From assembly GCA_031362565.1 (NCBI GenBank), contig JANLSU010000119.1, forward strand, positions 1-64,000: 64,000 nt of DNA, in the 5' to 3' direction. The position numbers and the translations under genes are program-made. This document shows positions 47,900 to 57,253 of this stretch, piece after piece. How positions within the stretch are numbered: the first letter of the stretch is position 1; every line of letters begins with the position of its first letter. This DNA is from a bacterium. Its GTDB lineage: Bacteria > Krumholzibacteriota > Krumholzibacteriia > G020349025. The notes under the pieces were generated by a model, which was given only the letters and a program-made list of their open reading frames with translations, was not told the origin of the DNA and searched no databases.

Positions 47900-48144
47900 T
47901 TGCGGAAAAGAAGTCGGGCGCGAAGCGCGAACAAGAGGGCAGCCTGCTGCTCTCCGGTATCGATCACCGCGGCAAAGCCTCCGGCCCTGTGCCCCGCCCC
48001 CAGGCGACAGCGCACACGTCAGCAGCCACAGCGCATAGGCCAAGAACGACGCCACCAACAGGGTCCAGCAGACGAGGCGCCACGGATCACGGATCATGGG
48101 TCACGACCAATGCTCCCGATCTTGCGACGCCCCGCCGGACAGTG

Positions 48145-48762
48145 CTAGATCAGCGCGGCGGCGCATTCGATCGCAGCGAGAATCTCCATCCGGTCCCACG
48201 TGGCGACCGGGGCACCGATGGCGTGAAGGATTTCCGGCGTCCGGCCGCGCGCCCGCGGGTGGCGCACCACACAAACGCCCTTCCGCAGTTCAAGCCCGGT
48301 GCGGAGCTCCCAGTCGACCCAGTCCTGCCAGCGGGACCCGCTGCCAACGACGCAGACGACAATTGCGGCGCGCGCAATCTTTTCTTGGATGATCTCTTGC
48401 GCCAGCACCGCCGCTGGACTCTGGAACGGCGCCCGCAGGCTGCACTCGTAGAAGTCGAGTGCAATCTTGGGATGGCGTGTCAGCTTGTGAAGGTCGAGCA
48501 CCTTCGCATGATCTTCCGCGTGCACGCTCACGAACACCCGGCGCGACTGGGCAACTTCGCGGGCTTCGCCGTGAAACGCGCGGCGCAGTTGCCGCAAGGA
48601 GCGGAATCCACGTGCGGCGAGGAAGGCGGCGATTCGCATGTCAGGCGGTGCGTTGAGGCGAAGGCCGTACCACGCCTCGATGTCCGCCACGCAGACCCCG
48701 GGGAGGGCGCGGCCAAACGCGGCGCGGACTCGCGGGCAGAACTTGCGAATCTTCGTGCTCAT
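48145..48762 (-). CDS. TIR-domain protein (DUF1863/ThsB-like) with an N-terminal extension
   Basis: RRVFVS, IVVCVVG, WVDWEL with the catalytic Glu; ATG at 48762. Confidence 0.78.
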   Translation of the reverse strand: MSTKIRKFCPRVRAAFGRALPGVCVADIEAWYGLRLNAPPDMRIAAFLAARGFRSLRQLRRAFHGEAREVAQSRRVFVSVHAEDHAKVLDLHKLTRHPKIALDFYECSLRAPFQSPAAVLAQEIIQEKIARAAIVVCVVGSGSRWQDWVDWELRTGLELRKGVCVVRHPRARGRTPEILHAIGAPVATWDRMEILAAIECAAALI

Positions 48763-48941
48763 CGGCTTTCCCCCACCAATGGCTCCCGGAGGTCGAAATC
48801 GCACCCTCGGGCAAAAATCGCGGTGACGCGCCGGATCCGTCGTCCTTGAACCAACGCGGGGAGTCCATCCGCCGGGCACGCCACCGCAACACGGCGCTTC
48901 GCCGCCGCGGCGGCCCCCGTTTGCGCTCGCCACAAGTAGGC

Positions 48942-48971
48942 GCGGGCGGCAGTACCCTCACTGCCGCCCGC
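48942..48971. terminator. Hairpin downstream of the radical SAM gene
   Basis: Perfect 12-bp stem GCGGGCGGCAGT/ACTGCCGCCCGC. Confidence 0.5.
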
Positions 48972-49050
48972 TCCGCCCTTGGGGGGGGACTTGTCCGCGT
49001 CCTATGATTGACAACGTCCCGAGGCAAGAATCTGCACGCGCCTGGAAGAA

Positions 49051-50205
49051 CTAATTTCCAACGCCCGCCCGCTGCGGCGACCGAACCCAGCGAACCGCGG
49101 TCGAGTTCGCCGCCACACCGCTGCCGGCGCTGCCCGCGCTGCCACCCCTGCCGGCCCCGCCCGCGCCCGCCCGCCGCAGCTCTCCATCACCGCCCTCCGC
49201 GAGTCCCTTCATTGGACAAACGAGCGTCGCCCGGTCGCCGGAAAAGAGCCCCCGCATCCAACGGCGCATGTCGGGCCCCGAAAGCTCCATTCGCCCGCCG
49301 GGTCGCAAGCGCCCGACTTGATTGGCGGGGTGGTCGAGTGCCACCGTGCACTTGCCGATGCGGCCATCGGATCGCACCACGAGCGAGTTGCCGCGCGACG
49401 CGTAACAGACGGTCTCGAGATCGTCCGGGGTCACCAGTTCGACACCCAGTTCATCCGCCCGCTCGCGCAGGCGCACGAACACATCGGCCATGCGTTCCGC
49501 GGCGAGATAGCCGAACGTCGCGTCCGCCGGTCCGCCGAGCGGCGACAGCGGCCGCAAGAAAACCGCGAAGCGCGGGTCACCGCCGAACTCCGCTGCGAAG
49601 GCCTCGAGGAACGACCCGAGCGATGCTTCATTGTCGGCGCTCGCATGCAGTCGCATCAGCATCCGAAACGTCGCATCGCGGCGCCGCATCGCGCTCAGGT
49701 TGCCCCAAATACGCTCGAACGTCGCGCCACCGCCGGCCCGCCGCCGCGTCCGATCGTGTTCCGCGGCCGGACCATCGAATGACACTTGATAGCGTCTAAC
49801 ACCAAGCTCGAGAAGCCGCCCGGCGACATCGGGCGTCAAGAACCAGCCGTTCGTTGTGATGTCGCCGCTGACCCGCAGCTTGGGATTCGCAACCGCCAGC
49901 CGTTGTACCGCGCCCATCACGTCGTCGATCACCGCGCGCGCCAGGAGCGGTTCACCGCCAAACCAAGCGATGGCGAGTGAATCCAGCTCCGGGGCCCGGA
50001 TTTCCAACCATTCGACGAGCGCACGCACGATCCACGGCCGCATGCGCCCCGATTCGAATGTCTCGTAGCAGTAGGTGCACCGGAAATTGCATTTCTCCGT
50101 CGGCATGACGATGACGTGCAACTCGCGGGCGTCGAGGCCGCGGTACACCTCTCGCAGCGGAACTGCGAGAGGTGTTGCCGCGCCGGCTCGTGGAGCCTTC
50201 AGCAA
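49051..50205 (-). CDS. Radical SAM enzyme with a SPASM/twitch-like domain
   Basis: CNFRCTYC, WFGGEPL, TTNG, QVSFDG; C-terminal CYA...DGRIGKC...CP. Start uncertain (a TTG at 50205 overlaps the upstream stop). Confidence 0.9.
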   Translation of the reverse strand: MLKAPRAGAATPLAVPLREVYRGLDARELHVIVMPTEKCNFRCTYCYETFESGRMRPWIVRALVEWLEIRAPELDSLAIAWFGGEPLLARAVIDDVMGAVQRLAVANPKLRVSGDITTNGWFLTPDVAGRLLELGVRRYQVSFDGPAAEHDRTRRRAGGGATFERIWGNLSAMRRRDATFRMLMRLHASADNEASLGSFLEAFAAEFGGDPRFAVFLRPLSPLGGPADATFGYLAAERMADVFVRLRERADELGVELVTPDDLETVCYASRGNSLVVRSDGRIGKCTVALDHPANQVGRLRPGGRMELSGPDMRRWMRGLFSGDRATLVCPMKGLAEGGDGELRRAGAGGAGRGGSAGSAGSGVAANSTAVRWVRSPQRAGVGN

Positions 50206-50594
50206 CGCGCATCCACGACGACGGGTGCATCGTCGTCGTCTTCGGCGAAAATGGCGCCGCCCTTTGCCTTTGCCCTTGCCCTCGCGCTCGCATTGGCTGC
50301 CGCAGGCATCGCGAGCGGCCCAACGCGAAACAGTCCCGAAAAACACCCCTCAACGGGGTTGTCCAGGAACTGAAGGACAGCGCCTCTCAGATCGGCGTTC
50401 TTGAGAGTGATCCGCCCGGTCGCTGCGTCGAATGCGACTTCGTCGCCCTCGAAGTTGCCGAGGGCGGCTGCATTGATGCCCCGCGGCTTGGCCTTCGGGG
50501 CACGCGCTCCGGGTGCGGCGCGCTTGGCGCCACGTGCTGGCGGAATCGGGCTCTTCTTGCTCTTGGGATTCGATTTCCGAGGTTCGATTGGCAT
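50199..50594 (-). CDS. Small protein, candidate radical SAM substrate (RiPP precursor-like)
   Basis: Strong SD GAAGGAG, ATG at 50594; basic low-complexity N-terminus, acidic tail ending DARC; overlaps the rSAM gene. Confidence 0.65.
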   Translation of the reverse strand: MPIEPRKSNPKSKKSPIPPARGAKRAAPGARAPKAKPRGINAAALGNFEGDEVAFDAATGRITLKNADLRGAVLQFLDNPVEGCFSGLFRVGPLAMPAAANASARARAKAKGGAIFAEDDDDAPVVVDARC

Positions 50595-50635
50595 GTGGTT
50601 CTCCTTCAAGGTTTATATCGATCCATCGATCCGGT

Positions 50636-53605
50636 TTAACGCCAGTCTCCAACTGCTACGAATCCTGCCCAGTGATACGGATGTCCGCCCGCACCGCGGG
50701 CCCGCGCTGCTTGCAGCGCACCAAGGCTCGCGGCGCGCACTGCCGCCGCCGTATCCATTTTCTTCTGGAAGTGATTCTCGTACAGCGAATGCATCCATGC
50801 CCCTGCATCCTCGTCGGCGACAGACCAAAGGCTCGCGATGACCGTTCGAGCGCCCGCCTGTTGAAAGACGCGGCGGAGCCCCATGACACCCTCGCGGGCG
50901 CGAAGCTCACCCAGCCCGGTATCGCAAGCCGACAACACCACCCACTCGACGCCTTCCAGGTCGAGTGAGGAAACTTCGTCCACCGTCAGAATGCCGTCGT
51001 CGCCTTCGACGGCGCCGGCCGCGGCGCGCCGGTTGGCGCCCGCGAATGCGAGTCCCGCAAAGGGCACATCACGCGCGGGATCGGCCAAGAACCCGTGGGT
51101 CGAGAGGTGAATCACGCGCCGGCCGGCGGCCGCAGCTTTGAAGCCGCGTTCGGTCGCCTTCTGGCCCAAGAGACAAAGCGTGTCGGCCGACACGGCGCGC
51201 GCCCACAACACCTTGATGTCCAACGCTTCGCGCCCCGAAGCCGGCAGCGGCCGGAATCGCAACCCGCTGGCCACGCGCCGCGAGTGCGCTGCTTGGGCCA
51301 TTTCGGGTGGACCGAAATCCGGATTGCCGACCGCGAGCAGTCCGACATTCCGCTGCTGCGTTCTCTGCGGCACGAGATCGCGTTCGGCGGTCAGAAGATG
51401 CACCACGGTTTCGCCTTCAACGAGATAGCGCTGGCCGTCCAACGGCAGCGCCATGAAATTGACGAGGTGGATGGCCCCGTCGGGCACGACGAACACCCGG
51501 CGCGCCGCCCGGAGCGCCGTCGCAAGTGGATCCCAGAGCGCCCGGCGCACGCGCTCGCCGTCGGCGCGACACGCGGTTTCGCCGGCAGCGAGCACCGCGT
51601 CCGTTTGATTCGCACCCGCTTGCAGATCACGCGACCATGCAGCGATCCCGGTGTCTATCGCCCCGGCGCTTCCGAGGTCGTAGGCCGCGACCGTGTGTTT
51701 GTCGCCACTGACGACGAATGCGGCGTACGCCTGTACGGGCTTCGCATTGAGCCCGCCGGCGGCGCTGGCGGTGGGAATGCGCGTGTACCGCACGTACACA
51801 ACGAGCGCCTCACCGGCATGCAGGTGGGCGGCAACCGCCTCGAAGTCGATGCGCTGCCGTTGCTGCTCGGTGTGATAGGCAGCGCTCTGTGCCGCCAGTT
51901 GTGCTTCCACGGCATCCTTGGCGGCGAGCGTCGCGTCGAGGCTGTGCTGATAGTCGGCATTCGACGCGCCGCCGGGCCCGCGCACGGCGAGCGACGCATA
52001 GCGTGTCCGCGCCCGGTCGAGCTCGCGGTCGAGACGGATGACCAGCGAGTCCTTGGAAGCGGCAACAGCGCGCCGCTCCGCCGCCACCTCGTCGAACACC
52101 AGGAGACGCGATTGCACGATGGCATCCACAACCTGGCGCGCGGTTGCCGGGTCGGGGTGCTGCGTGGCAATCGAAACGGCGCAGTCGAGACCCGAGGTCC
52201 GAATGGCCCCGTAGTCGGTCGCCTGGCGTTCCGGCGCGTGCCGCGCCATGCGCCGCAGTTGTTCGCGGCCCACAGCTTCCGCATGCAGCGCCTCTGCCAA
52301 CGCCGGCCCGATGGCGCCGGACTGGGCCGTGGCCCGCGCCAGAACCGCTTCGCAATCCATGGTGCGCGGGTGCTCGCGGCCAAACGCGTGCTCGTAGATC
52401 CGCTCGGCGGCGGCGCTCTTCGTTTGCGCCGCTTCGACGTGTCCCTCGGCGAGATCCAATTCCGCGAGTTCGATCTGACAGCTCGCCACATCCGGATGTT
52501 CCGCCCCGAGCAAATCGGTCCGCAGGTGGAGCACTTCTTCGTACCCGCGCCGTGCCGCCGGCAAGTCTTGGAGGTTCATTTGCAACTCCGCCGCGCCGAG
52601 CAGGTACGCCGCCAAGTCGAGCGGCGAAGTGCCCGGCTGCGACCGCAGGATCTTCAAAGCCTGCTCATACTTGGCCTGCGCGTCCCCGAAACGCCCTTGT
52701 TTGCGATCCAAGTCCGCGAGGTTGTCGAGAACGTTGGCGATGAGTGGATTGGTGGGCTCGAGCTTGCGGGTGCGAATCGCAAGGGCGCGGTCGAAGCACT
52801 GGCGCGCTTCCACGTAGCTGCCCGTTTCCATCAACAGGGCACCCAGGTTGTTCAGCACGCCTGCTACGGAGAGATTGTCGGTGCCCAGAGCCTTCTCGCG
52901 AATCGCCAACGCGCGGTCGTAGGCGTCGCGGGCGGATGGGAAATCGCTCGTCCACCAATACAAGATCGCCAGGCCCATGAGCGTGCGGCTCACGTTCATA
53001 GGGTCTTTGTCGAAGTTCCGCTCGCGAATGGTGAGTGATTGCTTGAGGCTCGTCTCCGCCGCATCGTAGTCGCCGAGCTTAGTAAGCAGAATGCCGAGGT
53101 CCTTGAGCGTTTCCGCGACCTCCGGGCTCGCGACGCCGAAGGCGGTGCGGCGGATCGCGAGCGCGCGCTCGTAGCAACCGCGGGCGCCGGAGAAACGTCC
53201 CGTATCTTCATACACGATCGCCAAATTGTTCAGGCTGGTGGCCACGTCCGGGTGCGTGGGGCCGGAGAGTTTCTCGTGCAGATGCACGGCGCGTTCCGCG
53301 AACTCCCGCACGTCCGCCACGCCCGAGTGCGCTGCACGCGTCGCGGCTTCGACCAAGAGATCGAGCACTGCCGCGGTCTCGGAGGAGTTTTTGCCGGACG
53401 ACGCTTCGACACGGCGGAGCGCGCTCCGCGCGTGTTGCTCGGCGCCGGTGAAGTTGGTGCTGTCGATTTGGGCCCGAATGGCGGTGATCTCGGGTGCGGC
53501 CGGCAAATCGGCTGCGCCCGACGCGCGGGGCACCGGCAACGCCCACCAACCCAACCAAGCGACGATGAGCGTCCGGCTGAAGTACGGTCGGGGCTTCCGC
53601 ATCAA
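50636..53605 (-). CDS. Secreted TPR-repeat CHAT-domain (caspase-like) protease
   Basis: Signal peptide; HPDVATSLNNLA-type TPRs; VPDG, IHLSTHG, VLSACDTG, SLWSV, HPYHWAGF. Confidence 0.93.
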   Translation of the reverse strand: MMRKPRPYFSRTLIVAWLGWWALPVPRASGAADLPAAPEITAIRAQIDSTNFTGAEQHARSALRRVEASSGKNSSETAAVLDLLVEAATRAAHSGVADVREFAERAVHLHEKLSGPTHPDVATSLNNLAIVYEDTGRFSGARGCYERALAIRRTAFGVASPEVAETLKDLGILLTKLGDYDAAETSLKQSLTIRERNFDKDPMNVSRTLMGLAILYWWTSDFPSARDAYDRALAIREKALGTDNLSVAGVLNNLGALLMETGSYVEARQCFDRALAIRTRKLEPTNPLIANVLDNLADLDRKQGRFGDAQAKYEQALKILRSQPGTSPLDLAAYLLGAAELQMNLQDLPAARRGYEEVLHLRTDLLGAEHPDVASCQIELAELDLAEGHVEAAQTKSAAAERIYEHAFGREHPRTMDCEAVLARATAQSGAIGPALAEALHAEAVGREQLRRMARHAPERQATDYGAIRTSGLDCAVSIATQHPDPATARQVVDAIVQSRLLVFDEVAAERRAVAASKDSLVIRLDRELDRARTRYASLAVRGPGGASNADYQHSLDATLAAKDAVEAQLAAQSAAYHTEQQRQRIDFEAVAAHLHAGEALVVYVRYTRIPTASAAGGLNAKPVQAYAAFVVSGDKHTVAAYDLGSAGAIDTGIAAWSRDLQAGANQTDAVLAAGETACRADGERVRRALWDPLATALRAARRVFVVPDGAIHLVNFMALPLDGQRYLVEGETVVHLLTAERDLVPQRTQQRNVGLLAVGNPDFGPPEMAQAAHSRRVASGLRFRPLPASGREALDIKVLWARAVSADTLCLLGQKATERGFKAAAAGRRVIHLSTHGFLADPARDVPFAGLAFAGANRRAAAGAVEGDDGILTVDEVSSLDLEGVEWVVLSACDTGLGELRAREGVMGLRRVFQQAGARTVIASLWSVADEDAGAWMHSLYENHFQKKMDTAAAVRAASLGALQAARARGAGGHPYHWAGFVAVGDWR

Positions 53606-53651
53606 CGTCCTCTTCGGTTCGCGGCGCGGAGCTCCTCTCCTTGGGCACCTT

Positions 53652-55466
53652 CTACGGTTCGCGCTTCACCAAGTGAATCCGCCACGTCCAAACTCCCGGC
53701 GCACGTTCCAAGTCGCGGATCAGTCCGGCGATCGTGCCGGCGTGATCCGCGGGTTTGGGCCGCGACACCAGTCCATCGATGCCGCGTGTCAGGCGCGCTG
53801 CGCCGACGGCGGCAAAGTCATTGGCGCCTTCTGAATTGACGCGCGGTAATGCCGCCAGAGTCGTTTCCAATGCCTCGATCGGTTGGCGGGCCGCGACCAC
53901 GAGAATCGTTTCGGCGGCGCCATCGCGCGCCACCGACCAGTTGGCTTCTTCGCCCTGCAAACCGGTTGGCAGCCGCAGCGCTTGTTTGCCCGGCAAGCGT
54001 GGCGCAGCACCTGGCTGGGTCGGATGCAAGACGTAGGCACGGCCTTCGTTGTCCTCGTCCAAAACCCAAACACGCAACGGTTGCGCCATCTTCAGCTCGA
54101 GAAACAACTGATCGAAGGCTTGCACCGTATCGCCGTCCGCGAGTTGTTGGCCTTTGCCGCTACGGTCGCGGAAGAGCCGGGCTTCGGCGTGGGCGGGCAA
54201 GCGGGCGGGCAGCAGAACCAATGCCGCGGCGGCAGCGCCCGCCGCGGCGACACCGAGAGCGACACGCCACGGGTGGCGAGTGAACGCGTGCCACCACGGT
54301 GTGGACGGTGGTGAATCAGGGACTGGCACCAAGTCGAGGCTCGCCAGCAGTGCCGACTGCATCTGGCCGGCACTTCCGAAGCGTTGCGCCGGATCCGATG
54401 CAAGAGCGCGCTCGACGGCGCGCGTGAACTCCGGTAGAACGTCCGTCCGCTTTTCGGCAAGCGACGCGCGCTCGCCGCGCGCCTGGCGCGTCATGAGTTC
54501 GTCGATGTCGTCGGTGTCGATCGGATAGGAACCCGTGACCAACCAGAACAGCAACCCTCCGAGCGCGTAGATGTCGGCTGCTGCCGTCGGGCGGCCGCCG
54601 CGCAGGACCTCGGGGGCGACAGAAAGCGCCGTGACCGGTCGCGCTCCGGCGTCGGCGTCGGATTCAAGATCCAATGCCGAACCGAAGTCGGTGAGCACGA
54701 TGCGCCCACCTTTCTCACGCATGACGTTCGCGGGCTTGATGTCGCCATGGACGAGGTTCGTGCGGTGCAACTCTGCCAGCGCACCACAAAGGTCGATGCC
54801 GATCGCGGCGGCTTCGCGCGCACTGAGCGGGCCGCGCGTTTCGACGCAATGTTGCAGGGTCTCGCCGCGAATGAGATCGGTCCAAATTCCCGCCCTGCCA
54901 TCGTGCACAGCACAGTCGAAGACCGTGACGATGTTGGGATGACGGACACGCGCCTGGTTGCGGGCTTCATCGAGAGACTTCTCGAGCCCGGCGGAGTCGC
55001 CGGCACGGCGCAATTTGAGCGCCACGTCGCGCTTGAGGTTGGGGTCGTAGGCGCGATACACCTCGCCGAATCCACCGGTGCCGATTCTTTCGTGAACCAC
55101 CAGCCGCCCCCAGTGCCACGCTGGACTGGGGGCCGGCATCTGCCCCGGCGGCGCATCCTCGGCCGGCTCGTCCGCATCCGGCGCGGCCGCCGATGTCCCG
55201 GCCGCCACGGGTGGCGACGGTGTGGTTCCCGTCGCTGTCGCGGCGCGTTCCTGCGCCGCACGCGCGACGTTGTGCCAGTCGGCTTGATAGGCGTCCGCCA
55301 ACCGCGCGATGTCGGCGAGACGATCGAGGCCGGCTTGAGCGTCAACGTCGCCGGCGCCCGCACGCTCGCGGTCCCAATCGACTGTCCGGTGGTCGGCGAG
55401 CGCCTCGGCAACGCGCTGCAGCCGATCGTCGCCGCGCGCCTGCTTATTTTTCCCCATTCTTCCCAT
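53652..55466 (-). CDS. Membrane Ser/Thr kinase with a DUF4384-like ectodomain
   Basis: GTGGFGEVY, VALK, HGDIKPANV, DFG, APE; TM helix; ectodomain homologous to that of 8823-10535. Confidence 0.92.
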   Translation of the reverse strand: MGRMGKNKQARGDDRLQRVAEALADHRTVDWDRERAGAGDVDAQAGLDRLADIARLADAYQADWHNVARAAQERAATATGTTPSPPVAAGTSAAAPDADEPAEDAPPGQMPAPSPAWHWGRLVVHERIGTGGFGEVYRAYDPNLKRDVALKLRRAGDSAGLEKSLDEARNQARVRHPNIVTVFDCAVHDGRAGIWTDLIRGETLQHCVETRGPLSAREAAAIGIDLCGALAELHRTNLVHGDIKPANVMREKGGRIVLTDFGSALDLESDADAGARPVTALSVAPEVLRGGRPTAAADIYALGGLLFWLVTGSYPIDTDDIDELMTRQARGERASLAEKRTDVLPEFTRAVERALASDPAQRFGSAGQMQSALLASLDLVPVPDSPPSTPWWHAFTRHPWRVALGVAAAGAAAAALVLLPARLPAHAEARLFRDRSGKGQQLADGDTVQAFDQLFLELKMAQPLRVWVLDEDNEGRAYVLHPTQPGAAPRLPGKQALRLPTGLQGEEANWSVARDGAAETILVVAARQPIEALETTLAALPRVNSEGANDFAAVGAARLTRGIDGLVSRPKPADHAGTIAGLIRDLERAPGVWTWRIHLVKREP

Positions 55467-56145
55467 TCTTGCCGTTCTTGAGCCCCATCTCCTTGGCCAA
55501 GTTGACGAGGCCGCGGCTCAAGACCATGCGGGCGGCGTTTCGCGTCCGCTTCCCGAGCGCCTCCATGATGACGGCGGCACTCGCGCCCCATTCGACGTGC
55601 AGCGCGACCGCGATTTGCTGGTCCTCGTCGAGCCGTCCCAATGCCGCCCGGTAGCGGGCCTCGAATTCGGAGCCCAAGACTCCGTCCAATGGCGTCGCGG
55701 CGCCGTCTACCATGTCTGGATCCAACACCGAGAATTCCGGCTTGCCGTCCGCCCACCGGTATTCGGTCGCCACGAGATTGCGGACGATGGTGCGCAGGTA
55801 CGCCAGGAACGCGCCCGGACCTCGCGGCTCGAAGCCGTTCATCTTGTTGAACGCTTTCGTGAAGGCGATCTGCACGAGGTCTTCGGTCACGAGCCGGGCT
55901 CGGGCTCGCCCGGCCAGCTTGCCGTGCGCCGCCCGGCGGAGGGCCGGAGTGAACCGGCGCATGAGATCGGTAATGGCGCGTTCGTCCCCGCTCCGCGCCC
56001 GGATGATCAGAATGGCCGTCGTTTCGAGTGGGCGAGGTGGTTCTCCCCCCCCGCCCGTCGGGTGGTCTGGTCCGTCCAACACAAAAACCTCGCTCGGGGT
56101 CCCCGATCCGGTTTCGGCCTGGCGTGACGATTTGGGCTGGCACAT
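55444..56145 (-). CDS. ECF sigma factor, kinase-associated type
   Basis: RARSGD, VTEDLVQ, FLAYLRTIVRN, NAARMVLSRG; paralog of 8234-8836; overlaps the kinase start. Confidence 0.9.
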   Translation of the reverse strand: MCQPKSSRQAETGSGTPSEVFVLDGPDHPTGGGGEPPRPLETTAILIIRARSGDERAITDLMRRFTPALRRAAHGKLAGRARARLVTEDLVQIAFTKAFNKMNGFEPRGPGAFLAYLRTIVRNLVATEYRWADGKPEFSVLDPDMVDGAATPLDGVLGSEFEARYRAALGRLDEDQQIAVALHVEWGASAAVIMEALGKRTRNAARMVLSRGLVNLAKEMGLKNGKNGKNGEK

Positions 56146-56176
56146 TCAGTATGGAGGGGGGCCCGGCCGCTGTCCA

Positions 56177-57253
56177 TCACCCACGGCGGCGTGAGGCGAT
56201 GTCGGCGGCGACGGCCGCGACCAGGATTCCGCCCTTCAGGACCGGCTGCCAAAAGGCTTCGGTGTTGAGCAGGCTCATCCCGTTGTCGAGCGACGCCATG
56301 ACGAGGGCCCCGACGAGGGCGCCGCGGATCGTGCCTTGGCCGCCGAGGAGTGACGTGCCGCCAATCACCGCGGCAGCGATCGCGTCCAGCTCCATCATGC
56401 GCCCGGCTTCCGACGTTGCAGCCCCGACACGCGCCGTCAATACGACACCCGCGACACCGCACATGGCACCCATGATGGTGAACACCCCGGCCAGGTGCCG
56501 TTTGATGTCGATGCCGGAATAGAACGCCGCCTCGCGGTTGCCGCCGATGGCATACAAATGGCGGCCGAACGGTGTGTGCCGCGCGACCGCCGACAGCACG
56601 GCGCCGAGGGCCAAGACGAGCAACACCGGAATTGGAATCCCCTCGTAGGCGTTCATGACCGCCGTGAAGGCAAGCCCAAGCGCTGCCGCCGCGAGACCTT
56701 TCCAGGGCAGGCGCGTGTGCCGTTGCTGAGCGTCGCGGCCAATGAACAGCGCTGCCGCCAGTAGTGCCACGATCCAACCGATGGCGCGCGGCACGTACGC
56801 CTGGCCGACGAGAAGATAGGCGCGTGTGGGGGAAGTCGACACGCCACCCGTCATGCCGAGCAATGCACCTTGAAACACGAGCATGCCGCCCAGCGTCACG
56901 ATGAACGGCGGGATTCGCAGCCGCGCGACGAGTTGTCCTTGCATGAAGCCGAGTCCGGCGCCGAGTCCGATGGGCAAAGCAAGGGCGGCCGCCAGAGGCC
57001 AGCCGTGATGCACGAGCGCCATCGCCGAGAGCGCTCCGAGGAGGCCCGTCATGGCGCCCACCGAGAGATCGATTTGTCCGGCAACAATGACCAGCACCAT
57101 GGCCATTGCCAGGAGCGATGTCACCGACATTTGGCGCGCCAACAAGGCCAGGTTGCGCGGCACGAGAAATGTGCCGTGCGTCGCCACCGCGAACACGATC
57201 CAGATCACAACGAGCGCGCCCAGCATGGTGAACGCGCGCCAGCGTGCGGTCAT
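56177..57253 (-). CDS. xylH: Sugar ABC transporter permease (XylH-like)
   Basis: IDLSVG, FIVTLGG, GRHLYAIGGN, ELDAIAAAVIGGTSL. Confidence 0.85.
   Translation of the reverse strand: MTARWRAFTMLGALVVIWIVFAVATHGTFLVPRNLALLARQMSVTSLLAMAMVLVIVAGQIDLSVGAMTGLLGALSAMALVHHGWPLAAALALPIGLGAGLGFMQGQLVARLRIPPFIVTLGGMLVFQGALLGMTGGVSTSPTRAYLLVGQAYVPRAIGWIVALLAAALFIGRDAQQRHTRLPWKGLAAAALGLAFTAVMNAYEGIPIPVLLVLALGAVLSAVARHTPFGRHLYAIGGNREAAFYSGIDIKRHLAGVFTIMGAMCGVAGVVLTARVGAATSEAGRMMELDAIAAAVIGGTSLLGGQGTIRGALVGALVMASLDNGMSLLNTEAFWQPVLKGGILVAAVAADIASRRRG

Noticed and set aside
47717..48097. Minus-strand ORF with a hydrophobic N-terminus downstream of the TIR gene (possible TM effector)
   Set aside because: It overlaps the Fic remnant antisense, has no clear SD and has no recognisable domain.
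55444..55480. Short KNG-KNG-KNG repeat at the sigma/kinase overlap
   Set aside because: Three imperfect 9-bp units are too short to support phase variation and are likely overlap-constrained.
50636..56145. CHAT + sigma as a CRISPR type III-E (Craspase) accessory module
   Set aside because: There are no cas genes or array, and the CHAT protein has a signal-peptide-like N-terminus and a kinase partner.
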